A stretch of DNA of 64,000 nt from an uncultured Candidatus Saccharibacteria bacterium (GCA_964516975.1 CAZFAS010000001.1:18823-82822), one strand, 5' to 3'. Counted from the first letter of the stretch, positions 10,476 to 20,531 are shown. A program made the numbers and translations. The notes: generated by a model not told the origin, from the sequence alone.

Positions 10476-10493
10476 TATAATACTAAGATAGTA

Positions 10494-10521
10494 TTGACAA
10501 ATACATTAAATTATGTATAAT
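10494..10521 (+). promoter_or_regulatory. Sigma70-type promoter (probably leaderless mRNA)
   Basis: TTGACA-N16-TATAAT, 8 nt before ATG 10530. Confidence 0.8.
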
Positions 10522-10529
10522 TTTTTATT

Positions 10530-11438
10530 ATGCAAATAATTAGATCAGCTGCCTTTTCTGTGCAAATAGGGGCACCAGAAACAATACTTAATTTTCAGGA
10601 ATATAGCCAATTTAAATATGGGCATAAGCCTACCATTTTGAAATTTGCTAAAAAAATGGTTGATGGGTTGTTTGCGATTATGCCAATTTCTAAATTAATA
10701 AAAAATAATCAGGATATAGTGATTATCACATCTCCATTCTGGCATACCCCACCGTCAGTATATCCACTTGCACTTGAGGTACATAAATTAATTAATGAGA
10801 AGCTTTTGGATAATAAAGCAAATGCAATTAAGTTCGTTAAGATTAGCCGCTCATCTGCACCATCTTGTGATTTTAGTAAGTTAACCGTTGAAGAAAGAAA
10901 ACTTAATATGCAAAGGAATAAGCTTTCTATTGATGAAGATTCTGTGAGAGATAAGACTGTTATTTTTATTGAAGATGCGAGAATTACAGGCGCGCATGAA
11001 GAAAAAACCATTGTCTGTTTAGAACAGGCGGGGGCAAAAAAGGTCATTTTGCTTTACCTTATTGATGTTAAAAATGGAAAAAATGACCCTGATATTGAAA
11101 ATAGATTAAACCATGCCGTGATTAATTCAATTGATGAATTGTATAAATTAATGAGAAAACCTGATGAATATGTTTTAAACAGCCGTTCTGTTCGTTTTGT
11201 CTTATCTTGGGCTGATCATAAGGAACTTAAAAAGTTTTTTGCAAAAATTTCCTCGGTTATTTTAGATGAACTATACAGTGCGTCTATTACCGATGGGTAT
11301 GGACTTATGGAGAAATATGCGCAAGGATTCGAATTGTTACGTGCAGAGGTCAAAAGTAGAAACAAACAACAACTTGTACCTAGTCTCATAAATAAGGCAA
11401 ATGCTTTTATCAAGAAAGCATACGTCTTAACATTCTAG
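10530..11438 (+). CDS. Ter-associated phosphoribosyltransferase (PRTase_3/ComF-like)
   Basis: YSQFKYG, PRPP-loop-like VIFIEDARITGAHE, PDIENRLN; lies next to HAD and ter genes. Confidence 0.8.
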   Translation: MQIIRSAAFSVQIGAPETILNFQEYSQFKYGHKPTILKFAKKMVDGLFAIMPISKLIKNNQDIVIITSPFWHTPPSVYPLALEVHKLINEKLLDNKANAIKFVKISRSSAPSCDFSKLTVEERKLNMQRNKLSIDEDSVRDKTVIFIEDARITGAHEEKTIVCLEQAGAKKVILLYLIDVKNGKNDPDIENRLNHAVINSIDELYKLMRKPDEYVLNSRSVRFVLSWADHKELKKFFAKISSVILDELYSASITDGYGLMEKYAQGFELLRAEVKSRNKQQLVPSLINKANAFIKKAYVLTF

Positions 11439-11442
11439 TTAT

Positions 11443-12135
11443 ATGAATACAATCACATGTGTTTGTTTTGATGTCTGGAACACGATTTTACAAAGTAATC
11501 CAGATTTCAAAAAACAAAGAATTCAAATTATTGCAGAGGCGTTTTCTTCTGAACCGTCTATAATTGCAAAAATTGCAAATGAAATCGATATCGAATTCGA
11601 TAAGATTACTGATCTCACTGGTCGGGATTTTAATTGTGCCGATAGATTAAAATTGATTGCTTCGAAACTTAAAAAGGATTCGTATTGTAATGAAGAGTTT
11701 TTGAAACAATTGGAGGATAATATCGATCAAGCTTTTTTGCGATTTCTACCTTCTCTCAAAAGTGATGATGTGATCATTGCGCTTGAACAACTTAAACAGA
11801 AGAACGTGACTATTTGTTTGTTGAGTAATACGGGTTTTATTAGTGGGGTATACATGAGAAAAGCACTTGGTCTGCTTGGAGTTATGAAATTTGTTGATTA
11901 TTCATTTTTTTCAGATGAAATCAAAATTGCAAAGCCAAACCCAGAAATATTTGCTTTTGTGACTCGTACAATGGGTTGCATGCCATATAACGTGTTGCAT
12001 GTTGGAGATAATGTTCTAGCTGATTATGAAGGAGCCATAAAATTTGGTATGAACGCTTTGCTTCTGAATACAAAAGAGACCATTTCAAACAGCGCAACTA
12101 TACATTCACTATCTGAGCTTCTTGTAAAAATATAA
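11443..12135 (+). CDS. HAD-family hydrolase
   Basis: FDVWNT, LSNTG, KPNPEIF, HVGDNVLADYEGA. Confidence 0.92.
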   Translation: MNTITCVCFDVWNTILQSNPDFKKQRIQIIAEAFSSEPSIIAKIANEIDIEFDKITDLTGRDFNCADRLKLIASKLKKDSYCNEEFLKQLEDNIDQAFLRFLPSLKSDDVIIALEQLKQKNVTICLLSNTGFISGVYMRKALGLLGVMKFVDYSFFSDEIKIAKPNPEIFAFVTRTMGCMPYNVLHVGDNVLADYEGAIKFGMNALLLNTKETISNSATIHSLSELLVKI

Positions 12136-12139
12136 AATT

Positions 12140-13012
12140 ATGAACAGTCTAAAACAAAGTATATTGGCTTTATCTACTCTGCACATTGAACAAGGCACGG
12201 TTTATGATGAAGAAGGTAATGTGTTTGATGCGCAGGCGTATAGTAAGTTTAAGTATGGTGACGCAAGGGAGGCGGAGCGTTATGGTATTAAACTTGCACA
12301 AGAGTTTATTAAACAAAATCAAGATATTTTTTTAGGTGAAGACCATGAAACAAATTTTATAATTGCCGAGCATCCTCGTAAGTATATTCTCAAGGGAGCA
12401 AATGTTATTTCTCGACATTTTCAAAACTATTTGAATTTATATCTGGTATCAAACGGAAAGAACCCAATTATGTCAGTCCCTATATTTATGAGCTCTGTTT
12501 TTGAAGGGGATTACGGAACCTTTGATAAGGTAATTCGGGACAAGGTTATGAGTAAACAACAGTTTTTTACATCAACAGAATTATTTCAAAATAAACACAT
12601 CATATTAGTGGATGATATCCGGATTACAGGAACAGGGGAAAGGAAGATCGCATCATTTTTAGAAGAGTTGAATCCTGAGAGTGTTCACTTCTTGTATGTT
12701 GCAAAATTAAATCAAAACCAAGCAGATAGTAATCCAGAAATTGAAAGTCTGATTAACCATGTTTGGATGAATGATCCAGAAAGACTTATAGAAATCATGA
12801 ATACAGACTATTTTGCACTAAACGCACGGGTTGCAAAACATGTACTTACTCTTAATGGTCAAACACTTGTTCAATTTCTTTCAAAAATAACAGACACGCG
12901 TATTAAAGAATTATATTTTGCAGTTATCTCTGATGGTTACTCAGTTTTGTCAAAATATGGTCAATCTTATGGTCTATTGGAATATGAGTTTAATAAACGT
13001 TTTCGGAATTAA
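12140..13012 (+). CDS. Second Ter-associated PRTase paralog
   Basis: YSKFKYG, ILVDDIRITGTGE, NPEIESLIN, LNARVAK; collinear with the 10530 protein. Confidence 0.82.
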   Translation: MNSLKQSILALSTLHIEQGTVYDEEGNVFDAQAYSKFKYGDAREAERYGIKLAQEFIKQNQDIFLGEDHETNFIIAEHPRKYILKGANVISRHFQNYLNLYLVSNGKNPIMSVPIFMSSVFEGDYGTFDKVIRDKVMSKQQFFTSTELFQNKHIILVDDIRITGTGERKIASFLEELNPESVHFLYVAKLNQNQADSNPEIESLINHVWMNDPERLIEIMNTDYFALNARVAKHVLTLNGQTLVQFLSKITDTRIKELYFAVISDGYSVLSKYGQSYGLLEYEFNKRFRN

Positions 13013-13037
13013 AGCAAATAAAAGGTTAAAAATAACC

Positions 13038-13065
13038 TTGACAAATCCTTATAATCTGCTATAAT
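13038..13065 (+). promoter_or_regulatory. Sigma70-type promoter of ter operon
   Basis: TTGACA-N16-TATAAT with extended TG. Confidence 0.8.
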
Positions 13066-13156
13066 ACCGCTAGATTTACTGATGGAACCTTGAATGCCGC
13101 GTGTCTCATTTTGAGCACGCGTATGTGGGAAAACAACAACTCCTGGGAGGAACCCG

Positions 13157-14038
13157 ATGGACGCTGTTCATGGCCTCATCACGAACTTCATGACTCATCT
13201 GCCCTCGGCGGCGGAGCTCATGAGTGCAGTGCCAGTGATTCTGTCATTGGTGTTGATCGAGGGCTTGCTCTCGGTAGATAATGCCATGGCGATTGCCGCC
13301 ATGGCTTCGGTGTTACCGAAGAACAAGCAGAAGCTCGCACTTCGGCTGGGTATCATCGGAGCGTACGCGTTTCGCGGTATTTCGCTGGGGTTCGTCGCGT
13401 TCATCGCGGAGAACCACTGGCTGAAGTTCGCTGGTGCCTGCTATCTGGTGTACCTCATGTGCCATGGGCTTCTCATTGAGGAGTCTGAAGACGAGGGTAG
13501 TCATGGGACTGTGGTGCAGAAGTCGATGTTGGTCACGATCATACAGATCGAGATCATGGATCTCTCGCTTTCGCTTGATAATGTTGTCGCTGCAGTAGCG
13601 ATGGACAAGCGATTGTGGGTGGTGTGCACGGGTGTCTTCATCGGCATCTTAGCCTTGCGGTTCATCGCGGGCTACTGCATTCGACTCATCGAAAGGTTCC
13701 CGATCTTGAAAAAGACGGCGTTCCTCTTGATTGGGTTCGTCGGCGCAATCTTGGCCTTCGAGCTCACGATGGACATGGTAAATAACCATGTCGAAGTCAC
13801 GAGCTTCGAGAAGTTCCTCGGCATCATCACGATCACTACGATGTCTCTGCTCTACGGCCACACGGTCGCGGGACGCAAGTGGCTTGGCCCGGTTGTCACG
13901 ATCGGGATGCCGGCTGTCGTCGTTCTGAACAAGGTGTTGTCATATGCTTTGTTGCCGTTTGAGATGGTCTTTGTGGGTCTCAAGAAGACCTACAAGTTCA
14001 TCACTGGCGGCGACAAACCCCACACGCACGTCGCGTAG
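13157..14038 (+). CDS. terC: TerC-family integral membrane protein
   Basis: IEGLLSVDNA, GIIGAYAFR, MDLSLSLDNVVAA, IERFPILKKTAF; GGAGG SD. Confidence 0.93.
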   Translation: MDAVHGLITNFMTHLPSAAELMSAVPVILSLVLIEGLLSVDNAMAIAAMASVLPKNKQKLALRLGIIGAYAFRGISLGFVAFIAENHWLKFAGACYLVYLMCHGLLIEESEDEGSHGTVVQKSMLVTIIQIEIMDLSLSLDNVVAAVAMDKRLWVVCTGVFIGILALRFIAGYCIRLIERFPILKKTAFLLIGFVGAILAFELTMDMVNNHVEVTSFEKFLGIITITTMSLLYGHTVAGRKWLGPVVTIGMPAVVVLNKVLSYALLPFEMVFVGLKKTYKFITGGDKPHTHVA

Positions 14039-14191
14039 TAGACGAATGGAAGCGTAAGCTTCCCGGAATACTCTGGGTGAGTCCGTTAAGCTCACCCTCT
14101 TTAACGAGAATCTGATCGAATGATCGGAACCTCGTAGAGAGCAATGGTGCTTTCTATGTTCGTTGAAAACTTCAACCATAGGTAAATCGAC

Positions 14192-15385
14192 ATGGGCAAG
14201 CCAACTGTGTTTGGCCTGACCTCGGTGCGGCCGGTACTTGACGCAAGTCAAGCAAACCTGCCAGTGCCAGTGAGTCAGATCGACACTGGCGCTATCGTGC
14301 TCAAGGAAGCTCAGCTTCCCGATGCCGAACAGCGCCTTGCGAAACTCGACTTCCGGTCGATTTCGCAAGCTGAGATCGTCACGATCGGTCTTCCGGAGGA
14401 ACAGCACCTTTCCACAACTCTCGATGGTTTCATGGCTCGTCTTAACAGGACTGATGCCAAGGAAACATTCGAACTCTTCACGCAAGTGAAGAAGGGAGTG
14501 GAAGATGCGAAACTTCCGGAGATAATCGAGAAGATTCAGAGTCCTGTGGAGCCTGGTATGTTTGCCAAGTTCACAGGTATGTTTCGCGGGAAGTCCGCGT
14601 CACAACTCAAAGACGAGTTGTTCAAGTCGATCAGTGACATGATTACTGGTCGCACAAAGACACTCGCCGATCTTCTCGCCAAGATGGAAGGGGAGATCAA
14701 GAGTAAACTCGCAGGTCTCCTTTCCGAACTTCAAGTGCAACAGCGCTTGAAGGAAAGCTACCTGATTCACTTTGGTGAATTCACGGTAGCTGCGGCGGTT
14801 GCGCGGGCCTTCCTTGAGAAGGCTCGTGCGGACGTTGCAGAAGAAGAAGCGACACTCGCTGCAAATCCGACGGATTCCGTGCAGCAAGCACGAGTCCAGG
14901 AGTTGCAGTCGAAGTTGGTTTTGCTCGAATCAAGGGCGCTTGCGCTCGAAGGGACGTACACTCGTTTGCCTGCAGACGCGCTGGTCATCCAGCAGTTGCA
15001 GCAAGCAGGTGTGAGTACGGTTCAGGAAGTTGCTACCACAATGAACCAGCGATTGTCATCCATCAAGATGACATTGTTGGCCATCAACGGCACGTTTCAA
15101 ATTCAAGGTGTGCAGATGCTCGCAGAGCGTTCTGCCACCATGGATCAGCAGTTGCTCGATGCACGCGGTCAGCTTTTGAAGCAGGTCGCGGGTACCGCAG
15201 CAGCTGCGCCCGGCAACAACCGCTTGGCTCAGGCCAAGCAGATCGAATCGGTTATCGCGCAGGTGCGTGAAGTCGATGAGATTGTCACCAAGGCACGTGA
15301 AGAATCAACCCAGAGGATGGCGGAGGCACGGACAAGTTTCGCTGCCGCCCGTCAGGAGCTCGCACGACTCGGCTCAGGCAACTGA
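14192..15385 (+). CDS. Toxic anion resistance protein (TelA-like, helical coiled-coil)
   Basis: All-helical, EIVTIG, GMFAKFTG segment; ter-operon context. Confidence 0.7.
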   Translation: MGKPTVFGLTSVRPVLDASQANLPVPVSQIDTGAIVLKEAQLPDAEQRLAKLDFRSISQAEIVTIGLPEEQHLSTTLDGFMARLNRTDAKETFELFTQVKKGVEDAKLPEIIEKIQSPVEPGMFAKFTGMFRGKSASQLKDELFKSISDMITGRTKTLADLLAKMEGEIKSKLAGLLSELQVQQRLKESYLIHFGEFTVAAAVARAFLEKARADVAEEEATLAANPTDSVQQARVQELQSKLVLLESRALALEGTYTRLPADALVIQQLQQAGVSTVQEVATTMNQRLSSIKMTLLAINGTFQIQGVQMLAERSATMDQQLLDARGQLLKQVAGTAAAAPGNNRLAQAKQIESVIAQVREVDEIVTKAREESTQRMAEARTSFAAARQELARLGSGN

Positions 15386-15444
15386 TCGAGTGTTGTAGAA
15401 GTTTCCCTGTAGTTTATCGAAGTTCACTCAACTGGAGAATTCAC

Positions 15445-16056
15445 ATGGCGCTCAACCTGCCCCTTTCGAAGCCTGGCGACACTCATGTTCCGCTGAAGCT
15501 CAACCTTGCAAAGGGTGAACGCTTCACGGTCGAGCTCGCCTGGGACTCCAAGCACGACTTGGACGCGCACTGCCTCCTCATGGAGGATACGGGCGCGGGC
15601 AACAAGGTCACCTCGATGGAGAAAGTGCTTAGCACGTATAACAGCAGGAAGACCAACCGCAGTGGTGTGCTCGTGACGAACCCGAACGGTTCGTTCAGCA
15701 CGCCGTGCGGTTCGCTCACTCACTCGGGTGATGCTCGCGACGGTACCCTCACGGGTGTCGACGAGACCATCACTATCGAGGGGTCGAAAGTCCCCATGAA
15801 CATCGTCGAGATTCCGATCTTCGTCACGATTCATCCCGCATCGAGCGGGTTGTTCAAGGACGTGAAGGAAGCGACGATCAAGATCAAGGACGACAGCGGC
15901 AAGGAGCTTTGCTCTTTCCGTCTCACGTCCGAGTTCGCCAGCTTCAATGCTGTGCAGATGGGCTCGCTTCTGGTCGGCGCTAACGGCTGGGAGTTCTCAG
16001 CGGTCGGTGTCGGCTTCAACGGCGATTTCAACTCAGTCCTCGGGTCCTTTTCCTGA
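15445..16056 (+). CDS. terD: TerD-family stress protein
   Basis: LNLAKGE, LAWD..HDLDAHC, LTHSGDARDG..DETITI, VTIH, WEFSAVGVG. Confidence 0.92.
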   Translation: MALNLPLSKPGDTHVPLKLNLAKGERFTVELAWDSKHDLDAHCLLMEDTGAGNKVTSMEKVLSTYNSRKTNRSGVLVTNPNGSFSTPCGSLTHSGDARDGTLTGVDETITIEGSKVPMNIVEIPIFVTIHPASSGLFKDVKEATIKIKDDSGKELCSFRLTSEFASFNAVQMGSLLVGANGWEFSAVGVGFNGDFNSVLGSFS

Positions 16057-16068
16057 TACGGAGGCTAG

Positions 16069-17190
16069 ATGATGCCGGAGGAGAATTCAAACCTCTCCTC
16101 CGGCATCACGCCCGAGGAGAGGAAAGGGCCAACAGTCATTAAGACTGGAGGCCAAGAACGGAAACCGACTGTTATGGGAGGAGGGCAAACACCCACCTCC
16201 GTAACGCCGGCAGCACACAAACCAACGGTTATTACGGTCGGTGAACAACCTATCGAAAAACCTGAGGCGAAGGTAGTAAAGGCGAGTGTGATAGTTCCGC
16301 CAGTGGTAACAACGGTGAAAACCAATGTACTACATGGTGGCTCTCAACCTACGACGATGATCGGTTCGAAACGGAAGCGGCTTGCCGTGACGTTTGCAGA
16401 ACTTGAATCAAAGAATGTAGGGACAGAACATGAAGTGCTCAACGCTGCACTTGATCTTATCTTGATCACAAATCTTGATGAGTTAAGTGATAGAGATGTC
16501 GTGATGTGGGGGCATGAACTCCAACATCGCTTCGCAGGGCATGTCACTGAATGTCTCACACTCAGTCAGTCGGAGGATCTCAAAAACACGAGTCGTAACT
16601 TGTCTCGCATGTTGGAGATTCTTGAGTCAATCGATCTTCAAGCGGTATTCGTACCGCAAGGGGGTATTCTTTCTCGCTTCATGGCGAGATCGAACAAAAA
16701 GATTGACACCATCGAGGAACTTAAATTGGCTTGCGAAGAGATTCAACAGCTGATCGTGTTGCTCGATAAACGTCTCGATGGACTGCTGACACTCAAAGGA
16801 GATCTCGACACAGTGTCGAGAAAGATTGAGAGTGTTGGTAAGGAAATTGAGATGTCGATGATTGCAGCGTTGTATCTTGCAGATTATTTGTCACAAGGAG
16901 CTGATGCGAACCCTGTTCTCTCGCAACGCTTTGCGGAGCGAGGAATGAGTTTGACTCAGTCACTTGTACAAATTCGTACGAGCAGCTCGATGAGAGATAT
17001 TCAAATCGAGCAACCCCTTGCCATGATTGGAAGGGTGCAGGACGTAGCACTCGTTTTGGTTCCTGGTTTGATCGGGACAATCACATCTCTCAAGATGATG
17101 ACCGAACAAAATCAGAAACCAACAGTGACGACCGTCACTGAACTCGCAGACCAACTTGGACATATCGTCCAAAAACTCGGAGGTAGGTAG
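16069..17190 (+). CDS. Divergent TelA-like protein with disordered repeat N-terminus
   Basis: Repeated (K/G)PTV(I/M) motifs followed by a helical domain (VVMWGHELQ, GGILSRF). Confidence 0.55.
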   Translation: MMPEENSNLSSGITPEERKGPTVIKTGGQERKPTVMGGGQTPTSVTPAAHKPTVITVGEQPIEKPEAKVVKASVIVPPVVTTVKTNVLHGGSQPTTMIGSKRKRLAVTFAELESKNVGTEHEVLNAALDLILITNLDELSDRDVVMWGHELQHRFAGHVTECLTLSQSEDLKNTSRNLSRMLEILESIDLQAVFVPQGGILSRFMARSNKKIDTIEELKLACEEIQQLIVLLDKRLDGLLTLKGDLDTVSRKIESVGKEIEMSMIAALYLADYLSQGADANPVLSQRFAERGMSLTQSLVQIRTSSSMRDIQIEQPLAMIGRVQDVALVLVPGLIGTITSLKMMTEQNQKPTVTTVTELADQLGHIVQKLGGR

Positions 17191-17952
17191 ATGGCGCTCA
17201 GCCTCGATCTCAACAAGGCAGCTGCAAAGCTGTCGCTCGACCTCACCAAGAAGGGGGTCGACATGACCCAGATCTCTGCGGAGGTATCCTTCTGTCTTGA
17301 CGTTTCCGGTAGCTATCAGGACGAGCAGGAAGATGGTTCTACGCAGAAGTTACTCGAGCGGCTCGTGCCGTGGAGCATGGTGCTCGATCCGGACAAGCAG
17401 ATGGACGTGTTCACCTTCAGCAATGGTGAGGAAAACGCTCACCACGCTGGCATGATCACCCCGCAGACCGTCGACGGATTCATTCGCCGTAGTGTCATTG
17501 GCCGGGTTCCCGGATACGGCGGTGGTACGGACTACTCGTACGTGCTCGAGAAGAACCTTCGTCACTTCGGATGGTTGCCCAAGGCTTCGTCCGAGGCTCC
17601 CAAGAAGGGGATGTTCGGAGGACTGTTCGGTGGATCGAAGCCTGCATCGCAGGTGGCGGTCGCCAAGCGTCGCTCGTTGGTGATTTTCAACACCGACGGC
17701 GAAAACAACGACAAGTCACGAGTGACGCGCGTACTCGAGGAGTCCGAGCGTCGCAGCGATCTGGTGTACTTCCTCTTCATCGCGTATGCGAATGGAGGGG
17801 GCAAGTTCCCGTTCCTGCAGGAGATCGGCGATCGTTTCAGCAACACCGGGCTCGTGGTCATCAACGACATCAATCGTTGGTGTGCCCAGCCCGATGACGT
17901 GATCAACGAGCAGCTCATTGGCGAAGAACTCGTCGCATGGTTGAAGAAGTAA
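17191..17952 (+). CDS. vWA domain protein (vWA-TerF-like)
   Basis: MIDAS DVSGS, GGTDY, FNTDGE; ter context. Confidence 0.88.
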   Translation: MALSLDLNKAAAKLSLDLTKKGVDMTQISAEVSFCLDVSGSYQDEQEDGSTQKLLERLVPWSMVLDPDKQMDVFTFSNGEENAHHAGMITPQTVDGFIRRSVIGRVPGYGGGTDYSYVLEKNLRHFGWLPKASSEAPKKGMFGGLFGGSKPASQVAVAKRRSLVIFNTDGENNDKSRVTRVLEESERRSDLVYFLFIAYANGGGKFPFLQEIGDRFSNTGLVVINDINRWCAQPDDVINEQLIGEELVAWLKK

Positions 17953-17961
17953 AGCTCTTTC

Positions 17962-18021
17962 GATAGAGTGACCTTCGGGTTACTCTATCAAAGCGGCGCA
18001 CGTAAGTGTGCCGCTTTTTTT
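17962..18021 (+). terminator. cUUCGg hairpin followed by intrinsic terminator
   Basis: GATAGAGTGACC-TTCG-GGTTACTCTATC, then AAAGCGGCGCAC-GTAA-GTGTGCCGCTTTTTT. Confidence 0.85.
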
Positions 18022-18143
18022 GACTTGGAAAGAAAAGTCTGGTATGTTTTTTTGAGTTCTTTACATCGAGAGATTGATAACCCTGCTCGGCACAGGTTTA
18101 TCACAGTGTCATTTGCCGAAACCCGCATGGAGCGTAACCGTAC

Positions 18144-18803
18144 ATGAGATGCTACACTTTCGCTGGTGGGGAATTCAAGCCTGGTATTGATGTAATTCAA
18201 GACCAGGGCACACATGCAATCCTTCTCGGTGACAAAATCGCTGAGCGAGGAGAGCGACTTCTTCTTCACCTTGATCAGGTGAATCTTCCCGAACTGAAGG
18301 ATGGAATGGTACATGAAGCTTCTCTCACTGAGAGATTTTTCATGGGAACCAACCACACTGTCATTTCAGGATCACCGTCATCTGAAAAGGGTGTCATTAT
18401 TCGTGCCAATGCAAGCACGAATGCAAAGTCGCGTGTTGCATGTCGAAGTGGTATCTTCCTGAAAAAAGGAGATCAAAAGGCCTCAATCCCGACAGAAATT
18501 GCTTCAGGACTTGTTCCTCATTTTTCTGAAGATGAGGAATTCATTGGCTTCGCTGTCGATGGTGTCTTTCAGCTTTTGGAGGGTACCCATCTTGTGGTAA
18601 GGCCATTTGGTGTCAAACATGATGACTATGAAAAGCAGATTGTCATCGTGTGTAGGATTGAGGATGGAATCGCTATCGCGAAGAAGTATTCATTTGCTAA
18701 GTTTCGCGAGTCTGTAAGGAAGTCGACTCCGATTACTGTGGTGGATGATCACAGGAATCATCCTCTTCGTATGACTAGGCTCCAAGCAACTTCTGTGCAC
18801 TAA
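18144..18803 (+). CDS. Orphan hypothetical protein
   Basis: 219 aa ORF, GGAG SD, followed by hairpin 18815-18844. Confidence 0.65.
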   Translation: MRCYTFAGGEFKPGIDVIQDQGTHAILLGDKIAERGERLLLHLDQVNLPELKDGMVHEASLTERFFMGTNHTVISGSPSSEKGVIIRANASTNAKSRVACRSGIFLKKGDQKASIPTEIASGLVPHFSEDEEFIGFAVDGVFQLLEGTHLVVRPFGVKHDDYEKQIVIVCRIEDGIAIAKKYSFAKFRESVRKSTPITVVDDHRNHPLRMTRLQATSVH

Positions 18804-18850
18804 TCTCTCGAAACGCCCCGTCCCGCAAAACTGCGGGACGGGGCTTATTT

Positions 18851-19189
18851 TTACAAAATTATCTGGTCAATCTTTGAAGCAAGTATGTAATCATTGTCAG
18901 AGAGTCCTCCGATAGCATGTGTAGTTAGAGAAAGTTTTACTTTATTCCATCCAAAAAGAAGAATATCCGGATGATGATTTTCTTGTTCTGCGATTTCTGC
19001 GACTTTGTTTATGAATTGGATAGCTTGTGCGAAATCTTTAAAAAGTAATATTTTTTCTATAGAAATGTCTTCATTCAAGTGCCATTCATTAATTCTCTTT
19101 AGGTGTTCAAGATTACTTGGTGTACTAAACTTCGGTACGTTTCCTTCACAAGGGACACAATGCTTTTGGTAGAGAGGAATATCACTCAT
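18851..19189 (-). CDS. Pterin-4-alpha-carbinolamine dehydratase
   Basis: CVPCEG, AEQENHHPDI, THAIGGLSDNDYILASKID. Confidence 0.93.
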   Translation of the reverse strand: MSDIPLYQKHCVPCEGNVPKFSTPSNLEHLKRINEWHLNEDISIEKILLFKDFAQAIQFINKVAEIAEQENHHPDILLFGWNKVKLSLTTHAIGGLSDNDYILASKIDQIIL

Positions 19190-19926
19190 TATTCGATTGG
19201 GTTAACTTTGAGTCCATCATAAGGAAGCATTCTGCGTATTGGAGCATTTTTAATTAATGAAATAATTTCGGTATCATCCTCAATGATATGAAAAAGATCT
19301 AGATCTTCAGCTTCGATCGTTCCACGAGAAAGTAATGTATGTTTGAAAAACTCGAGTACTTCTGTCCAATAGTCCTTACCAACAAGGATGACAGGAACTC
19401 TCGGAACTTTATGTGTTTGGAGTAATGTGACTATTTCTGCGAATTCATCGAGAGTTCCGAATCCTCCAGGGAAGAAAAGGAATGCCTCTGCAGAATATGC
19501 AAGACACACCTTTCTACTAAAGAAATAATAAAAATCCACATGATTTGTTAAGTATTGATTCATCACTTGCTCTCGAGGTAATCGGATTGTAAGTCCGATA
19601 GAGTTTCCTCCCGCTTCTTTTGCGCCTCGGTTTGCAGCTTCCATGATCCCAGGACCACCTCCACTTACAACTGTGTAGCCGAGATCCTTGACTATCCTTT
19701 TTGCCAATTCACGAGCATGAATATAGTACGGATGATCCTCTTTGAATCGTGTTGAACCAAAGAATGTTACTGATCTTGGGTAGCCTTCTAGAAACTGGAA
19801 TCCCTGACTGAATTCTCGGGATATTTCATAAATGCGTTCTACTGTTGCTTCCTGCATATCCGCAATACTAATAGGGTTTGGAGTCAGGAATTTTGTTGAA
19901 ATGTTTACAATTTTTTGTTCGTCCAT
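19189..19926 (-). CDS. LOG-family nucleotide phosphoribohydrolase
   Basis: SGGGPGIMEAANRGA, FPGGFGTLDE. Confidence 0.93.
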   Translation of the reverse strand: MDEQKIVNISTKFLTPNPISIADMQEATVERIYEISREFSQGFQFLEGYPRSVTFFGSTRFKEDHPYYIHARELAKRIVKDLGYTVVSGGGPGIMEAANRGAKEAGGNSIGLTIRLPREQVMNQYLTNHVDFYYFFSRKVCLAYSAEAFLFFPGGFGTLDEFAEIVTLLQTHKVPRVPVILVGKDYWTEVLEFFKHTLLSRGTIEAEDLDLFHIIEDDTEIISLIKNAPIRRMLPYDGLKVNPIE

Positions 19927-20029
19927 GTATCTATAGTAGTCTCTCAAAAGCTCTTTTGCAATAAAATGTCAGTCTTTTACATTTAGTCTGTCATTGTTAT
20001 ACTAGTGTCATACAATATAAATATTTACT

Positions 20030-20527
20030 ATGCAAAAAATGAACAAAAAAACATGGATTGCTGTTACTGTTGCAATCTTTGTTGTAGGATTTTTCATGTT
20101 CGGGGGAGATATTATTGGTTTTTTCCAAGGAAAAGATACCACTCAAGTTGCATCAACTGAAAATGCTACGAATTTCATGCCTCAAAGTGTGGTGGTACAG
20201 GATGTCGTGACTGGCACTGGTGATGAAGTTGTGAATGGGGCACTACTTAGTGTTCATTATGTTGGTATGCTTTCAGACGGAAAAGTATTCGACAGTTCTC
20301 TAGCGAGAAGACAGCCATTTGAGTTTATTTATGGTGGTGGTCAGGTTATTTCTGGTTTGGAGCAGGGTATGGCTGGTATGAAGGTTGGAGGAAAGAGAAG
20401 AATCGTTATTCCACCAAGTCTCGGATATGGAGATAAAGATGCTGGACCGATACCTGCTAATTCAACGATCATTTTTGATATTGAACTTCTAAAGGTTACA
20501 AAACCGACCGGGTCAATCCAACGATAA
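20030..20527 (+). CDS. FKBP-type peptidyl-prolyl isomerase with N-terminal membrane anchor
   Basis: VHYVG..DGKVFDSS, MKVGGKRRIVIPPSLGYG, IPANSTIIFDIELL. Confidence 0.95.
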   Translation: MQKMNKKTWIAVTVAIFVVGFFMFGGDIIGFFQGKDTTQVASTENATNFMPQSVVVQDVVTGTGDEVVNGALLSVHYVGMLSDGKVFDSSLARRQPFEFIYGGGQVISGLEQGMAGMKVGGKRRIVIPPSLGYGDKDAGPIPANSTIIFDIELLKVTKPTGSIQR

Positions 20528-20531
20528 ATAT

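Noticed and set aside
13195-17918. Overlapping alternative ORFs in the ter genes
   Set aside because: Expected from higher GC content; the main frames match known families
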